From the NCBI RefSeq assembly GCF_009914755.1, contig NC_060925.1: DNA of 64,000 nt. One strand, given 5' to 3'. This stretch comes from the human T2T-CHM13v2.0 reference genome, Homo sapiens. Within the stretch, counting starts at the first letter, position 1. Each line of letters starts with the position of its first letter. Positions 48,159 to 61,048 of the stretch are shown piece by piece. The notes under the pieces were generated by a model that had not been told where the DNA came from, did not search any database, and saw only the letters and a list, made by a program, of their open reading frames with translations. The translations under genes and the position numbers were made by a program.

Positions 48159-49561
48159 ATCAGACTGCCATGCTTGCACAAAACTGATGTATAAACCAAA
48201 TGCTAATTTCTTTGTAATTCCCACTGCTACACATTTCCCAAAACAAAAATGTTTAATTCCTTCCATTGAGCATTCTTTTCCTGTTCAGTATCCAAGACCA
48301 TGGGAAACTGAATTAGAAGCTCTTTTATCCAATACTATTAGAACTGATGGTTGGTTGTTAACTTAGACAAATTAGTTAAAGCGAAGAATCATTTTAAAAC
48401 GATACAAACACATATTAAACATTTTTATTTGAAAATATGTGGGAAACTTCCTGAAAGTCTCTTGAAAAGAGAGAGAGGGTTTGGGCTCTTTATCCTGCTG
48501 CTGAATGATTGGAGCTCTGGAAGCTATATTGGACCACAGGGATGACAGTCACTTTCCAGGGATAGCGGAGCAGAAACTAGGAGGGAGCCTGAACCCTCTG
48601 CAACCTTATGGAACTGTCATGTGAGCCTGGACTGCCAGCTTCCAGACTTCTGTTCCATGGCAGATACTGTGGGCATCAGTTTGTATGCTTTATGGAAGGA
48701 ATGGAGAGTATTGGTCAGTTCAGCACATTGATCGAGGAGTAATCAGTTAACAGTGTTTACAGAGAAATTAGATTCTGGAACAAGCACAGGTTTAGATCAA
48801 AACAAATTATATCTCTCTGTGTGATATTTCATTCAAGTTACAGAAAGGCTTAATGAATGTCTCTATCCTACGGTAAAGTATGTCTCTCTTGTGACCAGAA
48901 TTTTTGTAACCACTGACTATATCATTTCATATTCTCTCTGTTAGTACTGAAAACTGCTGACAAGTTTTTTAAATTTCTGATTGTTTTTAAAGTCACCATG
49001 AGCCCAAAGTATAATGTAAGACAAGTTACTATTAAATTGAATGGTTTGCAGTTTAATTGGTCTTCTTAGCTACAAATGGTTCTTTTATGTGCTGGCTATA
49101 ATCATTTCCTTGGCTTCATTAGCCAGGTTCCAAAATTAGCTGAACTAAAATTACTGAAAGAAAACATGCCACCAACTATGCTTGGTTAAGGATAATACCA
49201 AGGAGGAGTTTATGTAGCTTGCAAAGGTCAAATCAGAAGGGATTTGAAGTTCATTTACAGACCCCTGCATTGCTTCCTAAGGAAAATTCCACCTAAGCTA
49301 ACCCGAGACATGATATAGAATCATCTTGAAAGACCTGCCATGGAAGGCAGCAAAATGATTAAATAGCTAAAATGAGTGCTTGTTCTGTATTATTCTTTAA
49401 AATGATTTAAAATAAGATAGGAAGCTATAGTCATGAAAATAATGAAATAATTATAAAAAGATGAGCTCTACTGTTCATTCATTTATCCCTTTATACATTT
49501 AGCAGTATACATTTAGCAGATGTTTATTGAAAGCCTCTGATGTACTGTCCTAAGGGCAGGG

Positions 49562-49989
49562 TGTCGCAGCAGCAGCTAGCTGACCAACAGAGATGTATGT
49601 TCCCTTTCCATGGAATCGAGCTGTTCCCCTACCAGAACTACACGCTGAAGCCCTTGTGCATCTCAGCGACCAGTTCTGGCTCATGTTATGTGACTGTAAG
49701 TGATGTGTGTTACTTCTAAGCCAAGATTGTTAATATCCATCATGCCTTCTCCATATTCTCTTTCCTTCTACAGTGACCTTGAAGACTCTGTTGAAGATGC
49801 TGGCATCACAAGATGGAAGGAACATGGGTCCCTCAGTCACCACTTGCTGGAAAACCTCCCCAAAGAATCAACAAACCAGGAATACCATATTGGATTTTAG
49901 TATGAACAAGAAAAAATACATTTATTCTGTTAAGCCACTGAGTTTTGGGGTTGTTTTTCTACTGCATTTAACCTACCTTGGTAATACTA
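49562..49989 (+). mobile_element. MLT1H/I/J-like MaLR LTR
   Basis: CACAAGATGGAAGGAACATGGGTCCCTCAGTCACCACTTG; TGTTAAGCCACTGAGTTTTGGGGTTG. Confidence 0.75.
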
Positions 49990-50991
49990 GATAGATAGGA
50001 CTGGGGATTATAAATTTCTCATTTATTGCAGGCAACTGATCCCATTATTATGATCTTATTCCACTGTAAGGCAACTTTGTTAGAAAATATTGGGAGTTTA
50101 TGAAAACCTCCCTCTGAGTATCTTAAAAGCCTTCTTTATACAACAAAATCTCACGAAAGAATGAGAACAAACCCAAACTAATTGCATTTTGGCAAACATT
50201 TCACACATATATTTGCAAGTTAAAATCTCTATAGGCAATTGCCTAGTTTACGGAATGGAATGTTGGAAAAGATTGCAAATGAGACAATCGGGTGGATGGA
50301 CACTTTTAGTAGGACTATTTGCAAGGTCTGGAAAATTTAGCACTGATCATTTAACTGTCTATTTATTTCCTCCCACCCATGCCCCCCAAGCCTGCAGATA
50401 TGTATGATTTATGAAAAGGATACAGTGTCAGGTGAGGTGTGATGGCATGCAGAACCTGAAGCCATGGACACCCAACACTCAAAGAATGAGGCTTGGAGTT
50501 TGGGTCTTCAGAGTGCCGACTCATGACCTGTCTACCTCTCTATACAACTTCTGACCTGCTTTATCTGACCTAGACTCACAAGCTAGAAGATGAGAGCAGC
50601 ATGGATAGTAAAAGGCAAAATATTTATACGATCTGAAGAGAAACTAGAGCATAAGATGAGAACAGCACGGATCAATAACCGAAATAAAAACTTCACAAAA
50701 CACCATTACTACGTGCAATGCAGTCAAATATTTTCTTATTGCTTTTATACAATACTAAATGAAAGCTGATAAACTCTTTTCACAACCCCCTAATAAATTA
50801 GAATTCTCAGTTAGAAAACTGTCTCATCTAAGCGTGTGTTATCCTTTCCTGTTAAAGTTCCCTTTCCACTGGTCCTCTCTCCTTAAATAAAGCCTGCACT
50901 TAAGAAGGGACATGGTCTCAGTTAACTCTGTCATACGGAGAACTGGAGTAAAATTGTTACTTTCACAAGGAACAGCTGAATTTTTATTCTT

Positions 50992-51341
50992 TCTTTTCTT
51001 TTTTATTTTATTTATTTCTTTCTTTTCTTTTTCTTTCTTTCTTTCTTTTTTTTTTTTTGACGGAGTTTTGTTCTTGTTGCCCAGGCTGGAGTGCAATAAT
51101 GTGATTGCACTTGGCTCATTGCAACCTCCGCCTCCTGGGTAGAAGGGATTCGCTTGCCTCAGCCTCCTGAGTAGCGGGGATTACAGGCATGTGCCACCAT
51201 GCCCAGCTAACTTTGTATTTTTAGTAGAGATGGGGTTTCACTGTGTTGGTCAAGCTGGTCTTGAACTCCTGATCTCAGGTGATCCGCCCTTCTCAGCCTC
51301 CCAAAGTGCTAAATTACAGGCGTGAGCCACTGTGACTGGCC
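50992..51341 (-). mobile_element. AluSq/Sp-like with long microsatellite-converted tail
   Basis: GAGTTTTGTTCTTGTTGCCCAGGCTGGAGTGCAAT; 15-bp TSD TGAATTTTTATTCTT (50977-50991, 51342-51356). Confidence 0.93.
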
Positions 51342-51721
51342 TGAATTTTTATTCTTAAAGCTGAAAGAAATCTCAGATTTTTTTTTCTTGCAATAGATGA
51401 TTTAATAGGTCAGCTCAAGAAGGTTAAATTTCTTGGCATAGCTGGTCACAGAGTTGGAGATTAGAACTCAGGCCTCATGATATGGGGACATTTTCAGTTA
51501 TTACTCTGCCACCTCTCTGAATGAGTGCCTGTGTCCTCTCATAATCAATTTTGAGATTAGTAAGATGGGAAGAAAGAGTTTTGCAGAGGAATGGTATTGG
51601 GTGCCAGGAAACTCTCAAATTGTATTTATTTGTTTGTTTATTCATTATCTATTTATTTTGATGATCCAATAAGATGCTTCATTGACTAAAAAATTTATTC
51701 CTTCATATAGTTCTATGGATT

Positions 51722-51938
51722 ATATTTTATTGTGGCAAAACACATAATTTACCATCTTAAGCATTTTAAGTATACAGTTCAGTGGTATTAAGTACATTCG
51801 TATCATGCAACCATCATCACTAGCCACCTCCAGAACTCTTTATCTTTCAAAACTGAAACTGTATACCTATTGAACAGTAACTCTCCATTCTTCCCTCCCA
51901 TATCCCCTGACAACCACCACTCTGCTCTCTTTCTCTAC
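51722..51938 (-). mobile_element. L1MB-type 3' fragment
   Basis: ATTTACCATCTTAA.CATTTTAAGT.TACAGTTCAGTGGTATTAAGTACATTC..AAACTGAAACT. Confidence 0.8.
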
Positions 51939-52069
51939 CTCAAGTTGTCTTTTGGGGTTGTTTTTTTACATCTAGACCACCCAGCAAGCAGACATGGAGT
52001 GGGCAGGTGGGTTGGCTGGCTAGCTCCATGTAGAGGCTCACAGCATACTGATTTTCAATGTCACCTCTT

Positions 52070-52088
52070 AGCTCGGCAGGTGGCGCTC
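52070..52088 (+). promoter_or_regulatory. Candidate CTCF site
   Basis: TCGGCAGGTGGCGCT resembles the CTCF core CCASYAGRKGGCRS. Confidence 0.5.
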
Positions 52089-53055
52089 TCTGACATCAGT
52101 TGACTGAGGCAGCTCATGGAATTAAGAGAACTGTTCATGCAAGTAAGCCGGAGCTGGTGTGGAAGGTAAGAAAGGGCAGGGAGAAAGTAAACACTGATTG
52201 GTGGCTCTGCACTCTGACCACAGAAGCCACATCCCTGCAGACTGGCAGAGGCAGACACTGTGACTGACAGCAATAAAGACAAAGCAGCTGGTGCCCCATT
52301 AATAATCACAGGCTCCAGGGAATTTGTCCCCCTAAAGATGAGGACAAACGGTGCAGGCTGTCATCAGGGTGTGCTGGGAACACCCTCAGTCACCCTGGAG
52401 GCACGACTTCATGCCCCTCACCTTTTCAACTTGCTTTTCTAGGCGCCTGTGACATTTATTTCCTGACCTCAGGGTGACATCTCATAAAGGCAAAATTATC
52501 CTAACCCAGTACCTTCGAAGCTATCAGAATTAATCCATGTAACTCATTACAGTAAATGACAACAGCTATGATGGACAGAGCTGTAGGGAGACGTAGAGTT
52601 CTCATCTTACCCCTGTCCAGTTTGTCCCAAACAAAATACATTTCTATTACACACTTAATCCCTCTTGTTAATGGCAGTCTCGTTTTATACAGACAATGGA
52701 AACAACTTACAAAAGTCACACTACAAACCAGAAAGAGCCATTGCCAACAGTAGTGAGGAAGGAGTGATAGCCATGAGTGATCAGCGTTACTAATGGTACT
52801 CATTAAAGGTACATTCAAGCCCTAATGAATTGCCAGCGTGGATGACTCTACCCAAGAAACCAGTATTAAATATTCACGGAGAAAACAACAGGGCATCATC
52901 CTTAGTTTGAACTCCATACAAAGAGACTCTGAAAGTAGCCAGTTCATAGACTCAGCACTCCTTAGGAGTGTTGTAGAGTATGAATTGCCAAAGAATGTAC
53001 TTGTATATCTGGATGATATATACTAAAGACATTTCTATTTGAAGCCAGAAACTTT

Positions 53056-53200
53056 AGCTAGGCACGGTGGTGCACACCTGTAATCCCAACACATTGGAAG
53101 ACCAAGGCAGGAGGATTGCTTGAGCCGAGGAGTCTGAGACTAGCCTCAGTAACATGATGAGACCATGTCTCTAAACTAAATAAATAATAAAAAAATAAAA
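53056..53200 (+). mobile_element. Free left Alu monomer (FLAM) inserted in a MIR
   Basis: Monomer with GGAGGATTGCTTGAG; flanking near-duplicate TGAAGCCAGAA.CTTT.G (53040, 53207). Confidence 0.8.
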
Positions 53201-53349
53201 ATTATATGAAGCCAGAATCTTTGGTTCACATTCAGGCTCCTCCTCTCACTAGCTATTAAAATTGAATAAGATACAAGCTGAGCCTATTATTTTTGTTGTT
53301 GTTGTTGTTTGCAAAATGTATATAATACCAACTGCCTCTGCCTTCTTCA

Positions 53350-53709
<360 letters not shown>

Positions 53710-53761
53710 CTAACCACAAATAGTAAAGGCTACACTGATCCCTGTATAGAGGCACACGTGG

Positions 53762-53762
<1 letters not shown>

Positions 53763-53791
<29 letters not shown>
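53763..53791. repeat. (CA)14 microsatellite
   Basis: Direct reading. Confidence 0.95.
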
Positions 53792-53794
<3 letters not shown>

Positions 53795-53815
53795 GAGAGA
53801 AAGAGGTAAAGCATT

Positions 53816-53825
53816 TTTATTTATT
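53816..53825 (-). terminator. Candidate polyadenylation signal (two overlapping AATAAA) with downstream GU-rich element
   Basis: Minus strand reads AATAAATAAAAATGCTTTACCTCTTTCTCTCTCCGTGTGTGTGTG. Confidence 0.5.
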
Positions 53826-54847
53826 TCATTATAAGAATTCTTCAGCAGTGCTTATGAGAACCTCTGCCTGCTCTTCTGCCCTGGGGATATTCACCACAAT
53901 TCTACGAAATGACGCAAGTTGCAGAAAATGTAGAGCCATTTGCAGGACTTTGATACATCTGAAAAAGAGGATGTGTAAGGTAACCACTTTGCAATGTGTG
54001 AGTTGAGGGAGAGGGTACATATACTACAAAGTTATACACAAGGTTTTTCCTGATACATAGAATAGATGCTATGAATTCCCAGAGTTCAGTAGAGACCTGG
54101 AATCACACTTGCTATAAACTACAAAGAAAAATGTCATGTTCTTGCTTGTGATGCCAGTTTTGCTGGCCTGGGTGGTGAAGGCTGTGGAGTCTCTGCTTTC
54201 TCATGGGCTTCTGCATTCATGCATTCCCATGTGCTTATGGGCAACTGTGATGCTTACACAGGGAGGTGTTTAACAGATATCCGAAGCATGATTTTTAAAG
54301 AGCAAAAAGTAAATTAGACTAGATCATTCCAACCTGAAAGTTGAAAATAATGTAAGAACAAAGGATCTGTGAGCAAATTACATGGATCTGTGCACACACT
54401 TATCCTCGCACATACAATATACATGTGCATGTATCTTCTGTGATGCCTTTATTTGGGTATTTGCCTACTAATATTCCAAATCATGTATCTATTCTAAATA
54501 GTACTTCCCACCAAACATTGCTTGTTTTTCTGTCTCTCCTACTATAGGGAGAGTAGTAGGAGGGCCAGGACAATGTCTAATTAATCACTATATTTCCAAC
54601 AGCAAACAAAATGCTTAGGTTAATAACTATTAGTAAAATGAATGAAGGATGAACATGGCCACTCTCACCTCTCCTGAAAGAGAATTTTCTAAAGCATTAA
54701 AAACACAGTTATTTGTTTTTATGAGAAAATTGGATGAATTGCAGAGGCAGTTTGAGCAATTTATTTTGGGGGCAGTTTTAAAAATAAGGGAGATACCTCA
54801 GATGATATAAGTGCCATCTTATTAGAAGGAAATAGCATGAACTAAAT

Positions 54848-55012
54848 CCATGGACCCTCTGTGCTAGAATCAACAATGGGATTTTAGAAAATATAGATTC
54901 CTGGGCCCAAGACCTAGAGATTTCTGATTCAGTAGATCTTGGGGTGTGGTCCTGGTATCGGTAGTTTTTTAAAGTCCCATAGGTGATTCTAGAAGTTATT
55001 AGACTAGGGACC
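54848..55012. mobile_element. MER5A/B MITE, degenerate
   Basis: AAATATAGATTCCTGGGCCC..TTCTGATTCAGTAGATCT..AGGTGATTCT. Confidence 0.75.
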
Positions 55013-55899
55013 TTACTCACCTTCAGGGCAAGTTCAGGCTGGGTCTGATTTGAAGATAAGTCTTGCTTTGTCTAGATTCAAATCAGAAAAGTCTTCCTGG
55101 TGAGAACTCAAGATGAAATGAAGATGTTGAGCAGTTGGCTACTTCTTCTGGTTTTAAATACTTGAGATTACAGAGCACGTTTAAGCTTCTGAAGAATCAT
55201 GAGTTCAGTCTTTCACTGAGGGTCTTGGATGAGAAAACTCTCTTCAGAGCCGAGAGCAGATGCTGGGATGGAAGAAAAAAGGATAGGATTACAATTTAAG
55301 GTGAAATAAGTGAACGAATGAATGAGAAATAAAGGGCACAGGGAAATTTTAAAGAGGTTAAGGAGCAGAATTTTTTTTTTTTTTGTAGTTTGTTACAGGG
55401 AACAAATGAAGAATTTATCTGACACTTAAATTGTTCCAAATCCTAATGTTTTTCCACTGCACCCACTTAGGGAACAGGTTTATTCAAATGTTGCAAAGGA
55501 AGACACTAAGGGATGGTGAGGAGAAGTGACTTACTTTGCAAACAAACCAGGTAATCTGCTCTTTTCAGTTGTCATTAAGTAATGGTTAGCAGAGACGGAA
55601 TCATCTAGACCAAGTTTTAGGCTAATTGGTTCTGTATTTATGGTACAGACTCACCAAATTTAGTAAAATATAAGCATTCATTCAGTCGACATTTATTGGA
55701 CAATTACCTTGTGAAGATCTCTGCTAGGCAGTCTGGAGATTCAGATATGAATTTTACATGATCCCCACCCGCTGTAACTTACTCCACGAAATCAATACCT
55801 TAGAGTTTTGTAGGTCTTTGGATATTACAAATTTCTTACATCATCTCCTTTCTCCCTTCCTGTATCCTCATTTTCCCCCCTTCTTCCTTTACCACGATA

Positions 55900-56272
55900 A
55901 CCATATATCTCTGTTCCAGCTACACTGTCTTACTATTCTTGAAACACACTAGAAATGTTCCTGCCTCTAGGACTTAGCACTGCCTGTTCCCTATGTTTTA
56001 AATGCTCTTCTCCAGACATCTGCATGCCTAACACCCTCGTCTGAAAGTTTTTGTTCAAATCTCACTTTCATAATGAGGCCTACCCTCACTAGTCTATTTA
56101 AAATTTCAACCTGCAGCGCCCCACGGATATTTCTGATGCCCCTGGCTATGCTCTTTTTTTTTTTCCTTAACTCTTATATCCTTCTAACATATTGCATAAT
56201 TTACATATTTATTGCGTTTGCTGTTCATTATTTTCTGTTTCCTAGTAGAATATAAGTCCTTAAAGGTAGAGA
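55900..56272 (+). mobile_element. L2a 3' region
   Basis: TCCTGCCTCTAGGACTT.GCACT..TTCAAATCTCAC..TGAGGCCTACCCT..TAGAATATAAG. Confidence 0.8.
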
Positions 56273-56580
56273 GCCATTTCCACCTGGGTCAGAGGAAGAC
56301 GTGGCTACAGAAGAGTAGACAGATGCAACATTGCTGGCTTTGTAGATGGAGGAAGGGAACCATGAGCCAAGAAATGTGGGCAGCCTCTAGATGCTGGAAA
56401 AGGCAGGAAAATGGCCTTCTAGAGCCACGAAAAGGATCATAGCCTCTCTACACCTTCCTTTTAGTTCAATGAGACCCGTATCAGACTTCTGACCTACCTC
56501 GCTGTCAAATAATAAATTTGTGCTGTTTAAGCCACTAAATTTGGAGTAAATTTTTAAATAGTAGGATGGAAACTAATATA
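56273..56580 (+). mobile_element. MLT1D-like LTR, 3' part
   Basis: TTGCTGGCTTTG.AGATGGAGGAAGGG..CATGAGCCAAG.AATGTGGGCAGCCTCTAGA.GCTGGAAAAGGCA..AATAAATTTGTG..AAACTAATATA. Confidence 0.85.
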
Positions 56581-56597
56581 GGGTGGAAACCAACGTC

Positions 56598-56790
56598 CAT
56601 GTAACTTTCCCCCATTGGCTCTAGATCTGCCTCTGGAGTAACCAAAACACATCTGCTTCCTTCTGCCCCATGGCAGACATTAAACTATTTGAAAACACAT
56701 TTCAGATCCTCTGTAAATCTTTAAGTTGCTAGCTAAATATTGTTATTGTTTTCTTACGTGACGGTTTTCAGACCTCTCATCATTATAACT
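56598..56790 (-). mobile_element. CR1/L3 LINE fragment
   Basis: TGTAACTTTCCCCCATTGG.TCTAG.TCTGCCTCTGGAG..GGTTTTCAGACCTCTCATCAT. Confidence 0.7.
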
Positions 56791-57529
56791 ATATTTTCGT
56801 TCTCATCCTTATCCAGAAGACATTAGTACCCTTAATTCACTGTAGAGTGTAATACAAGGGAATTGGCCTCTAAAAATACTCTAGATTACCAAGACCTCTG
56901 CTAGAGCACAGCTGTTGCCACCAAGCCCACCACTGTGCTGCATGTTAATGGAACGCCACATGGCTCTGCGGAAGCCTTATTGTGGGGCAGTGGAAAGAGC
57001 AGTGCTTTGGAATCAGACTGACCTGACTATGAACTCTGACGTTTCCACTTCTTGGCTACATGATCTCAGGAAAATTAATTAGCTTTCTGTGTCTTGAACT
57101 CTAACTCATCTGAAAAAAAAATCCTTATAGGTTGTAGGAAAAAAACCAAAATATTTGAAAATATTTTGCAGAAGGAAGGCATTCATTAAAATATTTTGGT
57201 TTCTTTTTTCTATAGTTCTCAACATTATGTTTTCATTCATGCAAATCACATTTGAACTAACTCTTTGGGCGAGATATTGCATCTCAGGCTCATATCAAGT
57301 TTACAATTGCCTAAAAGCCTTAGGTTCTTGTTTGTTTGTTTGTTTGTTTGTTTGTTTTTTTAAGGGTATGCTCATTAAACCACCTTACCCTATTCTGTAC
57401 TGAACACTTAGTGATTTTATCGTATTTTTATCTTGTTAGGTTTAGTTTACTGGCTGAGTCCTCCCATACCTTTGCGACTCTAATTTTTTCATTCAGTGTA
57501 TTAGTTAGCAGGGCCAGCTTCAAACCATG

Positions 57530-58290
57530 AATTTGTCAAATGCTTCATTAAATGCCTGTGATGCCTATTTTGGGATCACTTGCCCTTAATACATTCATGC
57601 TGGATCTGAGTCCAAGTGTTCACAAGCCAGCTTCTCAATGACCATAGATCTCAAGATTCCTCAGAAATTACTCAAGATCTTTCCAGCCAGCTCATATGCA
57701 AGTTCTCTCCTACCCTGAAAGTAGATGGATCCACCCAGGAGACTTGCACGCATATAGATCCCCTAGTTTCTCTTTTGTCACCTCCCCCTTTCTCCAGAGT
57801 TTAACTTCTGTCCCATCAATATCGATGCTCACCTTTACAGCTGAACAGTCCTTCTCCTTAAATAAGAATAGAAGCAAAACAAGTATTGGAGAGTTCTGTT
57901 TTCTCTGTGACCTGTTACCATTTCAATATTAGCCTACAGCAGAACTGTCCTTTCACTGTCGTTGTTGTTGTTTTCTTGCTCAAAAGCTGTGTGTTGCCAT
58001 CTGACACCTTTTGGTTTATTTGCAGTTTGCCCCCTCTGCCCCCCAAAGTGGTCAGTGGCATGGCGCCTGTTCATCTTTTTTTATATTCATCTCTCTCCAT
58101 GTCTTTGACATCTGAACTTGCAGATACATTTTCTGGAGACAACCTTGGTCTTTTGTGAATATTCTTTTCCTCTTTCCTACTATATTGGAATTTGTTTTTG
58201 AGAACTTCTGTGTAAATGAGTCCCCCTTGGTCTTAGTCTGTGGAGTTTTTCCTACCTTTTCTCTGAACTTTTATTCTGAGTGTTTTGAAA
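57530..58290 (-). mobile_element. CR1/L3 LINE ORF2-derived fragment
   Basis: AGCTCATATGCAAGTTCTCTC..CCAGGAGACTTG..TCCTTCTCCTT..AGAAGCAAAACAAGTATTGGAGAGTTCTGTTTTCTCT. Confidence 0.55.
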
Positions 58291-58704
58291 TTATATCTCT
58301 AAAATATAAGGGACATATCTAACTCTGCCCTACACTCTTGGGGACTATGAACAGTCAAGTGCTGAAAATATAGAGCTTGAAGAGTTGAGTTTTGTCCTAG
58401 CTCTTCAGACATGATATTGAACCATCATTGCCCACTCCTCATCACTTAGAACACCAATGGAATCTTCCCCCTTCCTATAGAGGAAGTGGAGGGCTCTCCT
58501 TAGCCTCAGAGGGAAGACAGGCCTTGAGGGGAGAGGAGTGGGCCTAAAATCCAAAAAGTGATGGCTCCTTTTATCTCTTGCAGAATTATTTTCCCTGAAG
58601 TCCAGAGAAATCTATTCTCTGGTCAAAAACCATTGTCCCCCTCTTTCTCTTTTCTCTGTACTTCCCTATTCAGATGCTATCTGCAGCAGGACACTGAGGT
58701 GCAG

Positions 58705-58932
58705 CAAAAACACTGTGGCTAAGATCCTTGGCTCTGGAGGCAGACAGACCTGAGTTTAAATCCCAGACTCTCTGAGCTTTAATTTTTCTCATTTATAATA
58801 TGTGATAATGACATAACCTGCCACGGAGTAATATTGTGAGAACTGAATAAGAACTAAGTGAGATAATGTTTGTAAACCACTCAGCTCAGTGTCTAGGAAC
58901 TAACAAATGCCAATTAACATCAGTTATTATTA
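58705..58932 (+). mobile_element. MIR
   Basis: GGCTCTGGAGGCAGACAGACCTGAGTTTAAATCCCAG..GTGAGA..GTAAACCACTCAGC.CAGTGTCT. Confidence 0.85.
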
Positions 58933-60884
58933 CTCACTGGAAATATGTCCCTTCAGTGTAAAGACCCAAGCTTGTATCTAGCCATTGAGTCTGCCTACAA
59001 GTCAACTCAGGCCACCATATGGTCCAGGCAAGTGAGTATTCAAGAATGAATGCTCTATCGTGGGTTTTTTTCTTCTCATTAGTTTTTTGGATTTTTTTTT
59101 TTTGTTTGTGTTTTCTTTCAAATGCAGTTCTCTTTCAACATTGCCTGCAATAAGCTGTGGTGCAGAGATTTGGGGGTGGGGGAGGCACATGGAAAAAAAG
59201 AAAAAAAAAGAAAACCCGGGCAATTGCACAAAGCCTTTCCCTGGAAAGCCCAGGCTCTGGGTGGTCAGGACACATGGCTGCCCTCCTCTACACCTAGAGC
59301 TCCAGCTTTGATGGTCAAGGCACAGATGGGGATTCATCCCATTCCCCACATAAAAGAGCTCTCTGGGAGTGGGAGAATGGCTGGGGTTGTCTATACAGGT
59401 GTGTATGTGTGTGTATATATACATGTACACATATATATGTACACATATAATTGGCTATATTAGAAAATTCTCTCTATGTATAAATATAAAACGCTGGTAT
59501 TCAAACACGACGCCAATGGCTAACTAAAGTGCCTGGCCTTTAAAGATCCTTGCCTGTGTGCATTTGCAGGGAAAACTGTTCAACCTGAGTGCCCAGAATG
59601 AGGGAGGGGGACTGGGGAAGCAAAACAATGGGGATCCCCTCTGTGGGCAGGTGGTGGGAGGAAATTGTGTGCTGGCCAAACAGGGCCACCAAGAGCATTC
59701 GGGCTGCCCGAGTCTTCTTGGTCCTAGGGCTGTCATTAACAGAAGCAAACAAAGAAAGGGACAGAGCACAAAGTGGCAGGTTCTATGGTCTATTTATAGA
59801 GATGGCTTCAAATCCGAGTCTACGAAACATGAAGGCCAGAGCCAACGTGGCCTTTCCATGGATCTACAGTCAATCTATCAGAAAAACTCAGTGAGCCAGG
59901 TATTTGGCTCCATTGCCCAGTTGTCCCTGGGTAGTTTATTGCAGACCCCTGTAGAAAATACTTTCATTTAATCAGTTTACACAGAAACCAGGGAATGGTG
60001 AGGGGTGGTTTTGTTTTTTACATCTCAGCACAAGGATGGGTTTGAGAGAAGAAGAATACAGTGGAGGAGGACAGAAAACACAGCTTACCTTTGTCCATCT
60101 GTCAGAGCTGGCACCAGGTTTTTGGCAATCTTTTGGGATCCTCTTTGCCTGGGCTGGGTTGACTTGGCCCTGTCCGTTTAAGAATATTTGATTTGATTGC
60201 AGAGCAAAATGCTTCTGAAAAGCTGGGCTATTATCCCTGAAATAGAAAAATTAAAAAAATTTGAAAAGCACCTTTGAAGTCAGCTACCCAAATGAAACCT
60301 GTGACATCAGAGAGATGGCAGATAAATGGAGGGCAGAACAAGGCAGCCATTGACCGTGAGGCAGGCCAGGCTGATGCCACACTTTACACCCTACCAATAT
60401 AAGTCAAAGATGAAAGATGCTCTGGGCAGCCCGCCTGACCCCTGGGCCTCTGTTATCTCCAATTGATTGCACAGTGTTTTGCTCTGAACAATCCCTCACT
60501 GTCTACCTAGTGCAGGTGAATCTCAGCAGAACTGGGGCTTGGGTGGCTTGGCGAGGTTATGGGAATGCCATGCATAGCACAGGGGCCCAGAGGAGGGCTT
60601 GCTTGCATGAAGTGCCGTCTTTATTACTTCTCTTATCCCTTGGATGCTGGGAACAGGGCAGCTAAGTGCAAATCAGGGGCAGCAAAAAAGGCCAGGGCGT
60701 GTATGGTGACAGACAGGCAGCTCTCTCTCCTGTTTGGAGACTATCAGAGATTGAAGACAAGCTCCAGCTGCCACTCTGCCCCCTGAATATTTCCATACAA
60801 TGTACCAGAACCTTGGACAAACCTGGATCCCTTAATACACAACAACTCATTACTGGACAAGTTTAACTGCTAAGGATAGTCTAT

Positions 60885-61048
60885 CAGTCGTTCTTAAACC
60901 CGAGTCTGCATCAGAAACTCCTGGAGGACTTGCCAAAACACAGATGGCTGCCTCCCCCACCCCCAAGATAGATTTAGCGAATGTGCATTTCAAACAATCT
61001 CCAGGTGATGCTGATGCTGCTGATCCATGGCCCACATTTTGAGGTGGT
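60885..61048. mobile_element. MER5A with internal deletion
   Basis: GCATCAGAA.CTCCTGGAGG.CTTG..AAAACACAGAT; CCAGGTGATGCTGATGCTGCTG.TCCA..CACATTTTGAG. Confidence 0.8.

Noticed and set aside
50585-50680. Short direct repeat AAGATGAGA.CAGCA.GGAT at ~65-bp spacing
   Set aside because: Two degenerate copies only; ordinary micro-duplication
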